From contig JAPYWY010000001.1 in assembly GCA_028276125.1 (NCBI GenBank), forward strand, positions 1 to 32,656: a stretch of DNA of 32,656 nucleotides, read 5' to 3'. The stretch comes from Pseudothermotoga sp. Lineage in GTDB: Bacteria > Thermotogota > Thermotogae > Thermotogales > DSM-5069. The notes beneath the pieces are model-generated. The model made no database searches and was not told the DNA's origin. It saw nothing but the letters and a program-made list of their open reading frames with translations. Of this stretch, positions 9,094-17,336 are shown piece by piece. A program made the translations under genes and the position numbers. The stretch's first letter is position 1; every line of letters begins with the position of its first letter.

Positions 9094-9548
9094 CTGTGAA
9101 ACTCTTTGTTTGTGCCTCCTTGACGCTGATCTTCTTCATCATCTTGCTCAAGAACTCGAGAAGGAAGGTTTCTGAAATACGAGCTCAAAACGGCCAACAG
9201 TTCGAGATCCTTCTCTGTGAGCTCTTCAAGAAGGCTGGCTACAAAGTACGCACGACCAAGTTTTCCCACGACTTCGGCGCGGACCTTTTGATAGAGAACG
9301 GTGGAAAATTGATCGTACTCCAGGCGAAGTACTACAACAGACCGATCGACACGGATGCAGTCGAGGAAGCCGTTGTTGCCGGTACCATATACGGGACTGG
9401 TTACGTGGGAGTCGTCACGAACAACGAAATACCTGAGAGGGTCAAAGAGTTTGCCAAACAGTTCGAGGCCAAGACGTTCGTGAAGAAGATTTATTTGATC
9501 GACGGTAGGGCTCTCGAGAGATTGAAAAGAAAAGAAAGGATCGTTTGA
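9090..9548 (+). CDS. Mrr-like restriction endonuclease domain protein with N-terminal TM anchor
   Basis: FEILLCELFKKAGYKV..DFGADLLI..VLQAKYY..AVEE..VVTN..LIDG fits the Mrr catalytic domain (D-x-G-x-D...Q-x-K). ATG 9090 follows SD GGAGAGG. Confidence 0.88.
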   Translation: MTVKLFVCASLTLIFFIILLKNSRRKVSEIRAQNGQQFEILLCELFKKAGYKVRTTKFSHDFGADLLIENGGKLIVLQAKYYNRPIDTDAVEEAVVAGTIYGTGYVGVVTNNEIPERVKEFAKQFEAKTFVKKIYLIDGRALERLKRKERIV

Positions 9549-9560
9549 GGAGGGAGATGC

Positions 9561-10817
9561 ATGAGAAACTTCAAAGAGATTCCTCTGTGGAAAAACGTGA
9601 GCGAAGAAGAATGGCGGGACTGGAGATGGCAACTGTCGAACAGGATAATGACCCTCGAGCAACTCGAGCAGGTCGTCAATTTGACCGATCAAGAGCGCGA
9701 AGGAATAAAGCATTCTCTCAAGTTCCTCAGAATGGCCATAACACCTTACTATGCGAGCCTCATGGATCCGGACGATCCAAACTGTCCTGTGAGGAAACAA
9801 GCGGTGCCAACCTCCAAAGAATTGCACATAAGCGACGGTGAGATGGTCGATCCGTTGCACGAGGACGTGGATTCCCCAACGAAGGGTTTGACCCATCGTT
9901 ACCCAGACAGGGTGCTGTTCCTCGTTACGGACCAATGCGCGATGTACTGCAGGCACTGTACGAGGAGAAGGTTTGCTGGAGAAATGGACGCCCCACTCGC
10001 ACAGCAGTACATCGAAGCCGCGATCGACTACATAAAGCAAAACAAAAAGGTGCGTGACGTGCTCATTTCGGGCGGAGATCCCTTGACCCTCTCGGACGAG
10101 AAGTTGGAAGAGATCATTTCAAAACTTCGAGCGATAGAGCACGTTGAGATCATTCGCATAGGTACACGCGCACCCGTGGTGCTTCCAATGAGGATCACGG
10201 AATCTCTGGTTCAGATGTTGAAAAAATATCACCCCATATGGTTGAACACGCACTTCAACCATCCCAAGGAGTTCACCGAAGATTCGAAGAAGGCGCTCGC
10301 GATGCTTGCGGACGCAGGAATTCCGTTGGGCAATCAAACCGTACTGCTCAGAGGTATCAACGATTGTCCGAAGACGATGAAGAAACTCGTGCATGAGTTG
10401 GTGAAGAACCGTGTCAGACCATACTACATCTATCAATGTGACCTCTCGAGGGGACTTTCTCACTTCAGAACGAGCGTTGCGAAGGGAATAGAAATCATAG
10501 AATATCTGCGCGGTCACACCTCGGGTTTTGCTGTCCCAACGTACGTGATAGACGCACCCGGCGGAGGGGGAAAGATACCCGTGGGACCACAGTATCTGAT
10601 ATCGATGGGAGAAGGCAAAGTGATCTTGAGAAATTACGAGGGAGGAATCTTCGTCTACCAAGAACCAACGGACTACAAGAGCGAGTGCGAACCCGACGAG
10701 GATGTCGAAGGAGTGGCCTCACTGCTCAGCGGAAAGGATAAGTACCTGCTTCCTCAGCAACTCGAGAGGGCCAGGAGGATTCAACAATGGAAGGAGAAAA
10801 GATCGTCTACATCTTAG
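9561..10817 (+). CDS. kamA: Lysine 2,3-aminomutase (radical SAM, PLP)
   Basis: [32 protein letters not shown] and [10 protein letters not shown]. The Asp residues in QCDL and IDAP are the lysine-binding type; glutamate 2,3-aminomutases have Lys/Asn there. Confidence 0.9.
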   Translation: MRNFKEIPLWKNVSEEEWRDWRWQLSNRIMTLEQLEQVVNLTDQEREGIKHSLKFLRMAITPYYASLMDPDDPNCPVRKQAVPTSKELHISDGEMVDPLHEDVDSPTKGLTHRYPDRVLFLVTDQCAMYCRHCTRRRFAGEMDAPLAQQYIEAAIDYIKQNKKVRDVLISGGDPLTLSDEKLEEIISKLRAIEHVEIIRIGTRAPVVLPMRITESLVQMLKKYHPIWLNTHFNHPKEFTEDSKKALAMLADAGIPLGNQTVLLRGINDCPKTMKKLVHELVKNRVRPYYIYQCDLSRGLSHFRTSVAKGIEIIEYLRGHTSGFAVPTYVIDAPGGGGKIPVGPQYLISMGEGKVILRNYEGGIFVYQEPTDYKSECEPDEDVEGVASLLSGKDKYLLPQQLERARRIQQWKEKRSSTS

Positions 10818-11677
10818 GAACCAAAAAGGGTGCCGGCAAAACTACCGTGCTCAACAGTCTCGTGCGGGAGTGTGAAGGTTGTTGTATCACGAGTGTGGGA
10901 ATGGACGGCGAGGACAAGGACAGCCTGACGAGTGAACCCAAGCCTCGCGTTGCTGTCTCCACAAGCCATTTCGTGCTGACGGGAGAAAGGTTCTTGAACC
11001 TGTCGAAGTTCGAGGTGCTGGACGTTTTCTCCTACAATCCGATCGCAGGCCACGTGGTTCTGGCAAGACCATTCGTCGAAACGAACGTGATCATTGCGGG
11101 GGCAACCGCTACGATCATCAAACAGCTCACGGAGAAGTTTCATTTCAGTAGGATCCTCGTCGATGGCGCCTTGGATCGACTCGTTCACGCTGGTGTTTTG
11201 GACGGAGCGAAGATCTTCTTGGTGGTGCACAACGTTGGCCCTGAAAGTTCGAAGATCGTCAAAAAGATAGTCTTCGGTTCGAAATTGGTCAAACCTCCAC
11301 GCGAGATCGAAGCGGTCTTCAACGGTTTAGAAGGTGTTTGGGGTATGACCGAAGCTGGCCAACTCACAAAGATTGCGGATTCTTGTCTGACGATCAGGAA
11401 GTTCAACGAGGAAAAATTTGAATGGCTCTACGTCTCAGGGATCGCCACCGGATCAGTTCTGAGGTTGAAGGACAGATTGAAGATATGCTTGGCAAATCCT
11501 CTGGCTGTTGTGGAACCGTTGGACGATTTTGATAACATATATACGGTGAACAGAATCGTGCTTGAAAAGATCTTCATCAACCGGTCTATCCAACGCGGGC
11601 TTTTGAGAGTGCTGCGTTGTTGGGTTGAAGATCTGCCCGTAGAAATCGAGGATGCACTCTCGATTGAGGAGGTGTAA
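10787..11677 (+). CDS. KamB-like protein (beta-lysine 5,6-aminomutase reactivase subunit-like, P-loop)
   Basis: N-terminal [31 protein letters not shown] and ILVDGALDR match, from recollection, the protein encoded directly after kamA in lysine-fermentation clusters. SD GGAGG; 31-nt overlap with kamA. Confidence 0.65.
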   Translation: MEGEKIVYILGTKKGAGKTTVLNSLVRECEGCCITSVGMDGEDKDSLTSEPKPRVAVSTSHFVLTGERFLNLSKFEVLDVFSYNPIAGHVVLARPFVETNVIIAGATATIIKQLTEKFHFSRILVDGALDRLVHAGVLDGAKIFLVVHNVGPESSKIVKKIVFGSKLVKPPREIEAVFNGLEGVWGMTEAGQLTKIADSCLTIRKFNEEKFEWLYVSGIATGSVLRLKDRLKICLANPLAVVEPLDDFDNIYTVNRIVLEKIFINRSIQRGLLRVLRCWVEDLPVEIEDALSIEEV

Positions 11678-11679
11678 TT

Positions 11680-12783
11680 GTGGCGAGGATAGCGGTGGAC
11701 ATGCAGGAGTTGGTCAACAAGGTGACTGTAGTATCGAAGGTGGTTCCATCCAAAGTGATAAAACCGATCCTCGGTTGTGTTCTGTTCGATTTGACTGAAG
11801 ATGGGGTATTCCTGCTGGCGTCCGATCTGGAAACTGGTGTGAAGGCAAAGCTGAACTGCGAATACGAGGGTTTTGGAAGGTTTGCGGTCGATGGAAAGGT
11901 GTTCTACGAGGTGGTCAAGACGTTGCCAACGGACGTCGGAGCGAGCCTCGAGGTCACACCGGCGAGCTTGTCCATCGAGTGTGGCAAAAGCAAGTTCAAA
12001 TTGTCCATAGTCGATCCGAGCGATTTTCCCGAAGTGTCTCTTTCTGAATCCAGCGTGAGTTTCGAGATCGATGCCAACGTTCTTCACAAGATGATCGAAA
12101 AGGTGATCTTCTGTGCCGCTACGGACGAATTCATGAGGAACCTCAACGGCGTCTACTGGGAGCTCGGCAACGGCTTTTTGAGGCTGGTCGCATCGGACGG
12201 TTTCAGGCTCGCCTTGGCTGAGGAGAGGTTGGAGATACAGGGTGAAATGGGCTTTCTGCTGTCTTTGAAGAGTATGAAGGAACTCATGAGCGTTGCCGAA
12301 AGCTGTGGTGAAAAAAGACTCAGGTTCGAGTACGATGGCAAGCGCGTCGGAATCATCGCGACGGACGTGGAAACACTGGTCAGGATCGTCGAAGTGGAAT
12401 TTCCAGATTACAAGAGGGTCCTTCCCAAGGCGTTCAAGACCAAGGTCGTGGCGTCGACGAACGCCCTCGTCGAAGCTCTGAGGAGGACCATGGTGATAGC
12501 CAAGAGGGGCAGTGAGTCCATCAGAGTCGAGGCGATGGAAAGCGTTCTGGTCCTGAGCAGCAGGAGCCCAGACTTCGGTGAAGTGACGGAGGAGATCGAA
12601 GCGAGAAAAGAAGGCGAGGACATGATCGCGGCGTTCAACCCGAAGTTTCTCATTGAGGCACTGCGGCACATCGAGACGGACGAAGTTGAGCTGAACTTCA
12701 TAGACAGCACCAGCCCGTTGCAGATGAACCCACTCGACGTCGAAGGTTACCTCTACGTGGTGATGCCGATAAGGATCGTGTGA
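11680..12783 (+). CDS. dnaN: DNA polymerase III beta sliding clamp
   Basis: 367 aa; motifs PILGCV, ASDLE, LNGVY, VASDGFRLA, FPDYKRVLP, AFNPKFLIEAL and VVMPIR. SD GGAGGTG precedes the GTG start. Confidence 0.96.
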   Translation: MARIAVDMQELVNKVTVVSKVVPSKVIKPILGCVLFDLTEDGVFLLASDLETGVKAKLNCEYEGFGRFAVDGKVFYEVVKTLPTDVGASLEVTPASLSIECGKSKFKLSIVDPSDFPEVSLSESSVSFEIDANVLHKMIEKVIFCAATDEFMRNLNGVYWELGNGFLRLVASDGFRLALAEERLEIQGEMGFLLSLKSMKELMSVAESCGEKRLRFEYDGKRVGIIATDVETLVRIVEVEFPDYKRVLPKAFKTKVVASTNALVEALRRTMVIAKRGSESIRVEAMESVLVLSSRSPDFGEVTEEIEARKEGEDMIAAFNPKFLIEALRHIETDEVELNFIDSTSPLQMNPLDVEGYLYVVMPIRIV

Positions 12784-12786
12784 GCG

Positions 12787-13446
12787 ATGAGACTGATCCT
12801 CGAGCACGTGACGAAGAAGTTCGCGGAAACGAAAGCGATCGACGATGTGACGATCGATGTCGAGGCTTCGTGTATAGCCGTTGTGGGTGGAAACGCCGCA
12901 GGCAAATCCACACTTCTCAAATTGATCGCCACAGTTCTGAAGCCAGACGAAGGCAGAGTGCTTTTGAACGGCATCGACGTTGTGAGACAGGCACACTTGA
13001 TCAGAAAGGACCTCTCGTACTTACCCGAGGAACCTGCTTTGCTGGACACACTGACTGCCCGTGAAAATCTTCTCCTCTTTGCCAAGATCAAGAAAGCGAG
13101 TTACAACGAAGCGTTGCTCAGCAACCTGCGGTTTGAGCCCAACGGTAAGAAACTCGTGAGAAACCTTTCGAAGGGAACGCGCAGGAAACTTTCACTCTCC
13201 ATTGCGCTGCTCGGAGAACCGAAGATACTCGTGCTCGACGAACCGACCAACGGATTGGACGAGGATGCCAAGCAAGCTTTCTGGACACAGCTCAGCACTC
13301 TGAAAGAAAAGAACGTGGCGATGATCATCGCCACGCACGACACGGAAGAGATACAAAGGCTGGCGGACACCGTCATCATTCTGGAGAAAGGTCGACTCGT
13401 CAAAACGGAACGACTGAGATCAACCACCAGCCACGTCCAGCTCTGA
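12787..13446 (+). CDS. ABC transporter ATP-binding protein (stand-alone, exporter type)
   Basis: Walker A GGNAAGKST, signature LSKG, Walker B/D-loop ILVLDEPTNGLD, H-loop ATHD. Confidence 0.9.
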   Translation: MRLILEHVTKKFAETKAIDDVTIDVEASCIAVVGGNAAGKSTLLKLIATVLKPDEGRVLLNGIDVVRQAHLIRKDLSYLPEEPALLDTLTARENLLLFAKIKKASYNEALLSNLRFEPNGKKLVRNLSKGTRRKLSLSIALLGEPKILVLDEPTNGLDEDAKQAFWTQLSTLKEKNVAMIIATHDTEEIQRLADTVIILEKGRLVKTERLRSTTSHVQL

Positions 13447-14742
13447 CACCACGACCGATGGGCCGAACCAGTTGGCTGAGACGATCTCGCAATCTGAACC
13501 TATCAGTTCGATCTTATTTAGAACGTCGAGGAAATTGCCTGAAACTGTGAACTGCTCGACAGGTTCAGCGATCTTCCCACCCGCTATCCTGTAACCATTG
13601 GCGCCCAGTGAAAATTCACCGGACACGGGTCTAACTCCAGAATGGAGGCCATCGAACGCGATCACCAACAGGCCTTCATCGACGCTCTCGATCAAGCTCT
13701 CGTAATCGAGAGAACCCTCGGGCAAAACGACGTTCAACGGTACGCACCTTTGATTGAAAACGTTCCCCGTGGGTTTGACGTTGTCCTTCCTGGCCGATTT
13801 TATGGAATGAAAGAGAGTTGTGAGCACACCGTGGTCTATAAAACTCTTCCTCGTAGTTGGAACGCCTTCGTTGTCAAAAGAGCGTTTGATTGGAAGTTTT
13901 TCGAAGAATGGATCCTCGATCAAGTTCAAACTTTCAACTGCGATCTTTTGATGCAGTTTTCCCTTCAACGGTGAAAGACCCTTTTGTACAGCTTCGGCAG
14001 AAAAAATGGATGAGAAGGCAAAAAAGAGCTGTGCGAAGACGTCTCGACGCAGCAAAACTTTGTACTTCCTGCTCCTTATCGACTGAGCTCCCAACTGTGA
14101 GATCGCCTCGGACGATGCTTCCAGCGCGACTCTTTCAACATTGATGTCGCTCGGTTGCGAACCGTACATCGCTCGAAAACCCCTCTTGGGTTTCTTTCCG
14201 TCGGAGGCGACAAGGTAGACGAAGGCCGCCCCGTAGCCGAAAGTTTCCGCCAACTCCAAGCCCTTCGTGTTGAACAACCGAACCTCACTGCTCTGATGTC
14301 CGTAAGCGCTCATGATGACGTTTTGTATCCTCTTGTCGTACGATAAGCATTTTTCTTCCATCGTTTTTGCAAGCTCTATCTTTTCTCTGACAGACAAACG
14401 CTCGAACGCATCTTCGTATTCGAAGGGTTCCTTTGCCGGACGTTCCGCCCAGATGTCGTCTTCGTCCAGCGTGTCCGTGATCATGAAGTTCTCGTATGCA
14501 CTCTCGACGAGAAACCTCGCCGAGGTTTCGTCCAAGATCTCCGTGGTTGCAAAACTGGACCTTTTATCCTTCACTGCCTTCAACGTGACACGCTTCGACG
14601 AGGCATCGGTGTAGTTCTCGATCTTTCCTTTGCTCACGACAACTTCAAATTCCCTGTGGTTGAAGATGAGGACTTCGCAGTCATCGAAACCCCTTTTTCT
14701 TGCCAGCGAAAAAACCATCTCGGCGAACTGTTTCTCTCTCAT
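13420..14742 (-). CDS. pmbA: TldD/PmbA family protein, PmbA (TldE) type
   Basis: FDNEGVPT, SGEFSLGANG and TVSGN; lacks HExxxH. ATG 14742 overlaps the tldD stop. Confidence 0.88.
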   Translation of the reverse strand: MREKQFAEMVFSLARKRGFDDCEVLIFNHREFEVVVSKGKIENYTDASSKRVTLKAVKDKRSSFATTEILDETSARFLVESAYENFMITDTLDEDDIWAERPAKEPFEYEDAFERLSVREKIELAKTMEEKCLSYDKRIQNVIMSAYGHQSSEVRLFNTKGLELAETFGYGAAFVYLVASDGKKPKRGFRAMYGSQPSDINVERVALEASSEAISQLGAQSIRSRKYKVLLRRDVFAQLFFAFSSIFSAEAVQKGLSPLKGKLHQKIAVESLNLIEDPFFEKLPIKRSFDNEGVPTTRKSFIDHGVLTTLFHSIKSARKDNVKPTGNVFNQRCVPLNVVLPEGSLDYESLIESVDEGLLVIAFDGLHSGVRPVSGEFSLGANGYRIAGGKIAEPVEQFTVSGNFLDVLNKIELIGSDCEIVSANWFGPSVVVSELDVAGG

Positions 14743-16127
14743 CTCTTTCGCCCCCCAACGATGAGCTCTTTCACACGGATCGTCGGTTGTCCAACGTCTG
14801 CAGGTACTGAACCCGATATGGAACCACACATGCCCTGACCCCTCGCAAGGTCGTTCCCAACCATGTCTATGTTGTTTATGACGTCGATACCTTTGCCTAT
14901 CAACGTTGCTCCACGCACGGGCTTCACGATCCTCCCCTTCTCGATCAGATAACCCTCCATGACCGCAAAGTTGAACTCACCGGTGGCTGGATGCACCGAA
15001 CCTCCACCCATGCGTTTCGCGTACAGACCATAATCGGTTGCGGAAATAATCTCCTCCGGTAAGTACTTGCCAGCCGCTATGAAAGTGTTGCTCATTCTGG
15101 ACGTTGGGATGTACTTGTAGCTTTCTCTGCGCCCGCAACCGTTGGGCTTGGTGTTCATCTTCTTTGCGTGAAACCTGTCAACGAGGTAACTCTTGAGCAC
15201 ACCGTTCTCGATCAGAACGTTGCGTTGAGTTAAAGTTCCTTCGTCGTCGATGTTGCTCGAACCCCACGCATTCGGTATGGTCCCGTCATCAACGGCGGTG
15301 ACACAGTCTGCGGCAACCTTTTGATTGAGCTTGTTGGCAAACAGGGAAGCTCCTTTCGCAACCGATGTGGCTTCCAGCGCGTGACCGCACGCCTCGTGAA
15401 AGATGACACCGCCGAACTCGTTCGCTATGACAACTGGCATCTTACCAGCCGGTGCGTACTCGGCTCTGACCATCCTGTCGGCTATTCTGGCCGCTTCTGC
15501 TCCAATATCCCTCGGATCATGAAAGTTGAAAAATTCGAGTCCCATCGAAGCACCTGGACCATAGAAGCCTGATTCCTGTTCTCCATCCTTGGTTGCGACC
15601 GCTGTGACCATGAGCCTGGTCTTGATGCGTCTATCACTCGCCATCGTCCCTTCAGAATTGGCTATGAACACCTTTTGATCGTAATCCCAATATCGAACGA
15701 CGACCTGTGAGATCAAATCTGAGTAATTCTTCGCACCTTCGTACGCAAGTTTCATGATCCTGGCTTTCTCCATCTTCGAAACTTCCAAGGGGTGAAGGAC
15801 GATCATGTGCGAATTCTTCACGTCAAGGTTCGTCAGGTTCACTATCCTTGGTTCTGCGGAGCGTATCTGCAGCACTTCGATCAATCTGTCCACCATTGTG
15901 AAAAGTTGTTTTTCGGTTGGATCGTTCGTGTACGCATACACTTGTTGATCATCTTTGAACAGTCTCAAACCCAGTCCGAAATCTCTCTCGCTGCTTGCCG
16001 AATCGATCTTTCCATCGATCAGGGTTATTCTCGTGTCAAACCTGTCCTCGACGAAGATTTCTACGAATTCTGCACCCTTGCTCACCCCGTAATTGATGAC
16101 TCTCTCGACCAAACTGACTTCCAGCAA
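14739..16127 (-). CDS. tldD: Metalloprotease TldD
   Basis: Metal site FHEACGHALE, then DDEG, GRRESY..PTSRMSNT and the C-terminal GMCGS..VP...GQPTIR. Confidence 0.93.
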   Translation of the reverse strand: MLEVSLVERVINYGVSKGAEFVEIFVEDRFDTRITLIDGKIDSASSERDFGLGLRLFKDDQQVYAYTNDPTEKQLFTMVDRLIEVLQIRSAEPRIVNLTNLDVKNSHMIVLHPLEVSKMEKARIMKLAYEGAKNYSDLISQVVVRYWDYDQKVFIANSEGTMASDRRIKTRLMVTAVATKDGEQESGFYGPGASMGLEFFNFHDPRDIGAEAARIADRMVRAEYAPAGKMPVVIANEFGGVIFHEACGHALEATSVAKGASLFANKLNQKVAADCVTAVDDGTIPNAWGSSNIDDEGTLTQRNVLIENGVLKSYLVDRFHAKKMNTKPNGCGRRESYKYIPTSRMSNTFIAAGKYLPEEIISATDYGLYAKRMGGGSVHPATGEFNFAVMEGYLIEKGRIVKPVRGATLIGKGIDVINNIDMVGNDLARGQGMCGSISGSVPADVGQPTIRVKELIVGGRKR

Positions 16128-16196
16128 ACTCCATCACCTCTGAGTCAAATTGTACCATTCAAGTTCGTAGTACGTACTTATCTTCGTTCTATACTC

Positions 16197-17297
16197 ATGT
16201 CGGGTGAGAGCTTGGAGATCGTAGCGCTGTGTACATCGGGGTTGGAAGGAGCAGTTTGTAAAGAGTTGAAAAGCATGGGCTTCAAAATCTCAAAGGTCAC
16301 CGCGGGTCACGTGCATTTTCTCAGCCAACTGAGTGACATACCCAAACTCAATCTGATGCTGCGGAGCGCAGAGCGTGTGCTCATTCAGATGGCAGAATTC
16401 GAGGCGAAGACTTTCGACGAGTTGTTCGAAGGAACCTTCAGCGCCCACTGGCAAGACTTGATCCACAATCGGGCCACACTGTTGATCGAAAAGGTGAAGG
16501 TTAGGAATTCAAAACTTTCCGCTACTGGTGCGGTGGCTTCCGTTGTGAAGAAGGCTATCTACGAAAAAATTGGTTCGAAGAACGAACCCGATGGAACAAT
16601 CTATCCTCTGTACGTCTATTTGAAGAACGACGTGGTCTCGTTGTTGCTCGACACAACGGGCCCAACTGCACTGAGCAAGCGAGGTTACAGGTTGAAAGCG
16701 TCCGCGGCACCGTTGAGGGAAACCATTGCCGCTGGTTTGATCATCGTGAGCAATTGGGACGAGCAAAAATTGCTGGTGGATCCGTTCTGTGGGAGTGGAA
16801 CCATTTGCATAGAAGCTGCGAGGATGGCCCTCGGCATCTTGAACGACAAGAGAACCTTCGCGTTCCAGAGTTGGCCAATTTTCGCGGATATGAAGGCGAA
16901 GTTTCACACCTTCGGTGGGATGAGGGAAAAGAAGAAGATGAAGAAGGTGGCGATCGGTTTCGACAGAGATCCTTCCATGGTTCGGATAGCTCGGGAGAAC
17001 GCCATGCGCGCTGAGATTATCAACAACGTCGAATTTGACTGTAAGTCCTTTGAAGAGTTGCGAAAGTTCGACAGCGTGCACGTGATCACGAATCCTCCTT
17101 ACGGTGTGAGACTCAAAGGTGTTGATAAGGATCTTCCAAAGCTTGCGATGTTGTTGGACAAGTTTGTGCATTCGAGGATCTGTATCTTGAACCCTCGAGA
17201 AGATTTGGAACACATTTTGAAGATCAAGGCGTCGAAGAAGTTGAAGTTTCAAAACAGTGGGATTTGGACTTGGTACTACATCTTTGAACCAAAATGA
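16197..17297 (+). CDS. THUMP-domain rRNA m2G methyltransferase (RlmL/YpsC-like)
   Basis: GLE..V..EL..MG, NLMLRSAERV, DTTG..LSKRGYR, APLRETIAAG, DPFCGSGTI and NPPYG. Start is ATG 16197 or TTG 16212; the track's extension to 15792 is antisense to tldD. Confidence 0.9.
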   Translation: MSGESLEIVALCTSGLEGAVCKELKSMGFKISKVTAGHVHFLSQLSDIPKLNLMLRSAERVLIQMAEFEAKTFDELFEGTFSAHWQDLIHNRATLLIEKVKVRNSKLSATGAVASVVKKAIYEKIGSKNEPDGTIYPLYVYLKNDVVSLLLDTTGPTALSKRGYRLKASAAPLRETIAAGLIIVSNWDEQKLLVDPFCGSGTICIEAARMALGILNDKRTFAFQSWPIFADMKAKFHTFGGMREKKKMKKVAIGFDRDPSMVRIARENAMRAEIINNVEFDCKSFEELRKFDSVHVITNPPYGVRLKGVDKDLPKLAMLLDKFVHSRICILNPREDLEHILKIKASKKLKFQNSGIWTWYYIFEPK

Positions 17298-17325
17298 TAA
17301 AGGGCCCATGCGGGCCCTTTATCAT
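17294..17325. terminator. Probable bidirectional intrinsic terminator between the methyltransferase gene and rpoC
   Basis: Perfect 14-bp inverted repeat ATGATAAAGGGCCC-atgc-GGGCCCTTTATCAT between convergent genes. Confidence 0.88.
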
Positions 17326-17336
17326 CGATCCAACGT

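Noticed and set aside
9561-10817. Alternative calls: glutamate 2,3-aminomutase, EpmB, or the AmmeMemoRadiSam radical SAM
   Set aside because: The lysine-binding Asp residues and GGGGK PLP motif fit KamA/AblA, and there is no efp/epmA nearby.
11428-12996. 522-aa minus-strand ORF
   Set aside because: Antisense shadow of dnaN and its neighbours, with no recognisable motifs.
14743-14829. N-terminal extension of pmbA in the ORF track
   Set aside because: Lies inside tldD; the coupled ATG at 14742 is the better start.
15792-16196. 135-aa N-terminal extension of the THUMP methyltransferase in the ORF track
   Set aside because: Overlaps tldD on the opposite strand; family similarity begins only near 16197-16212.
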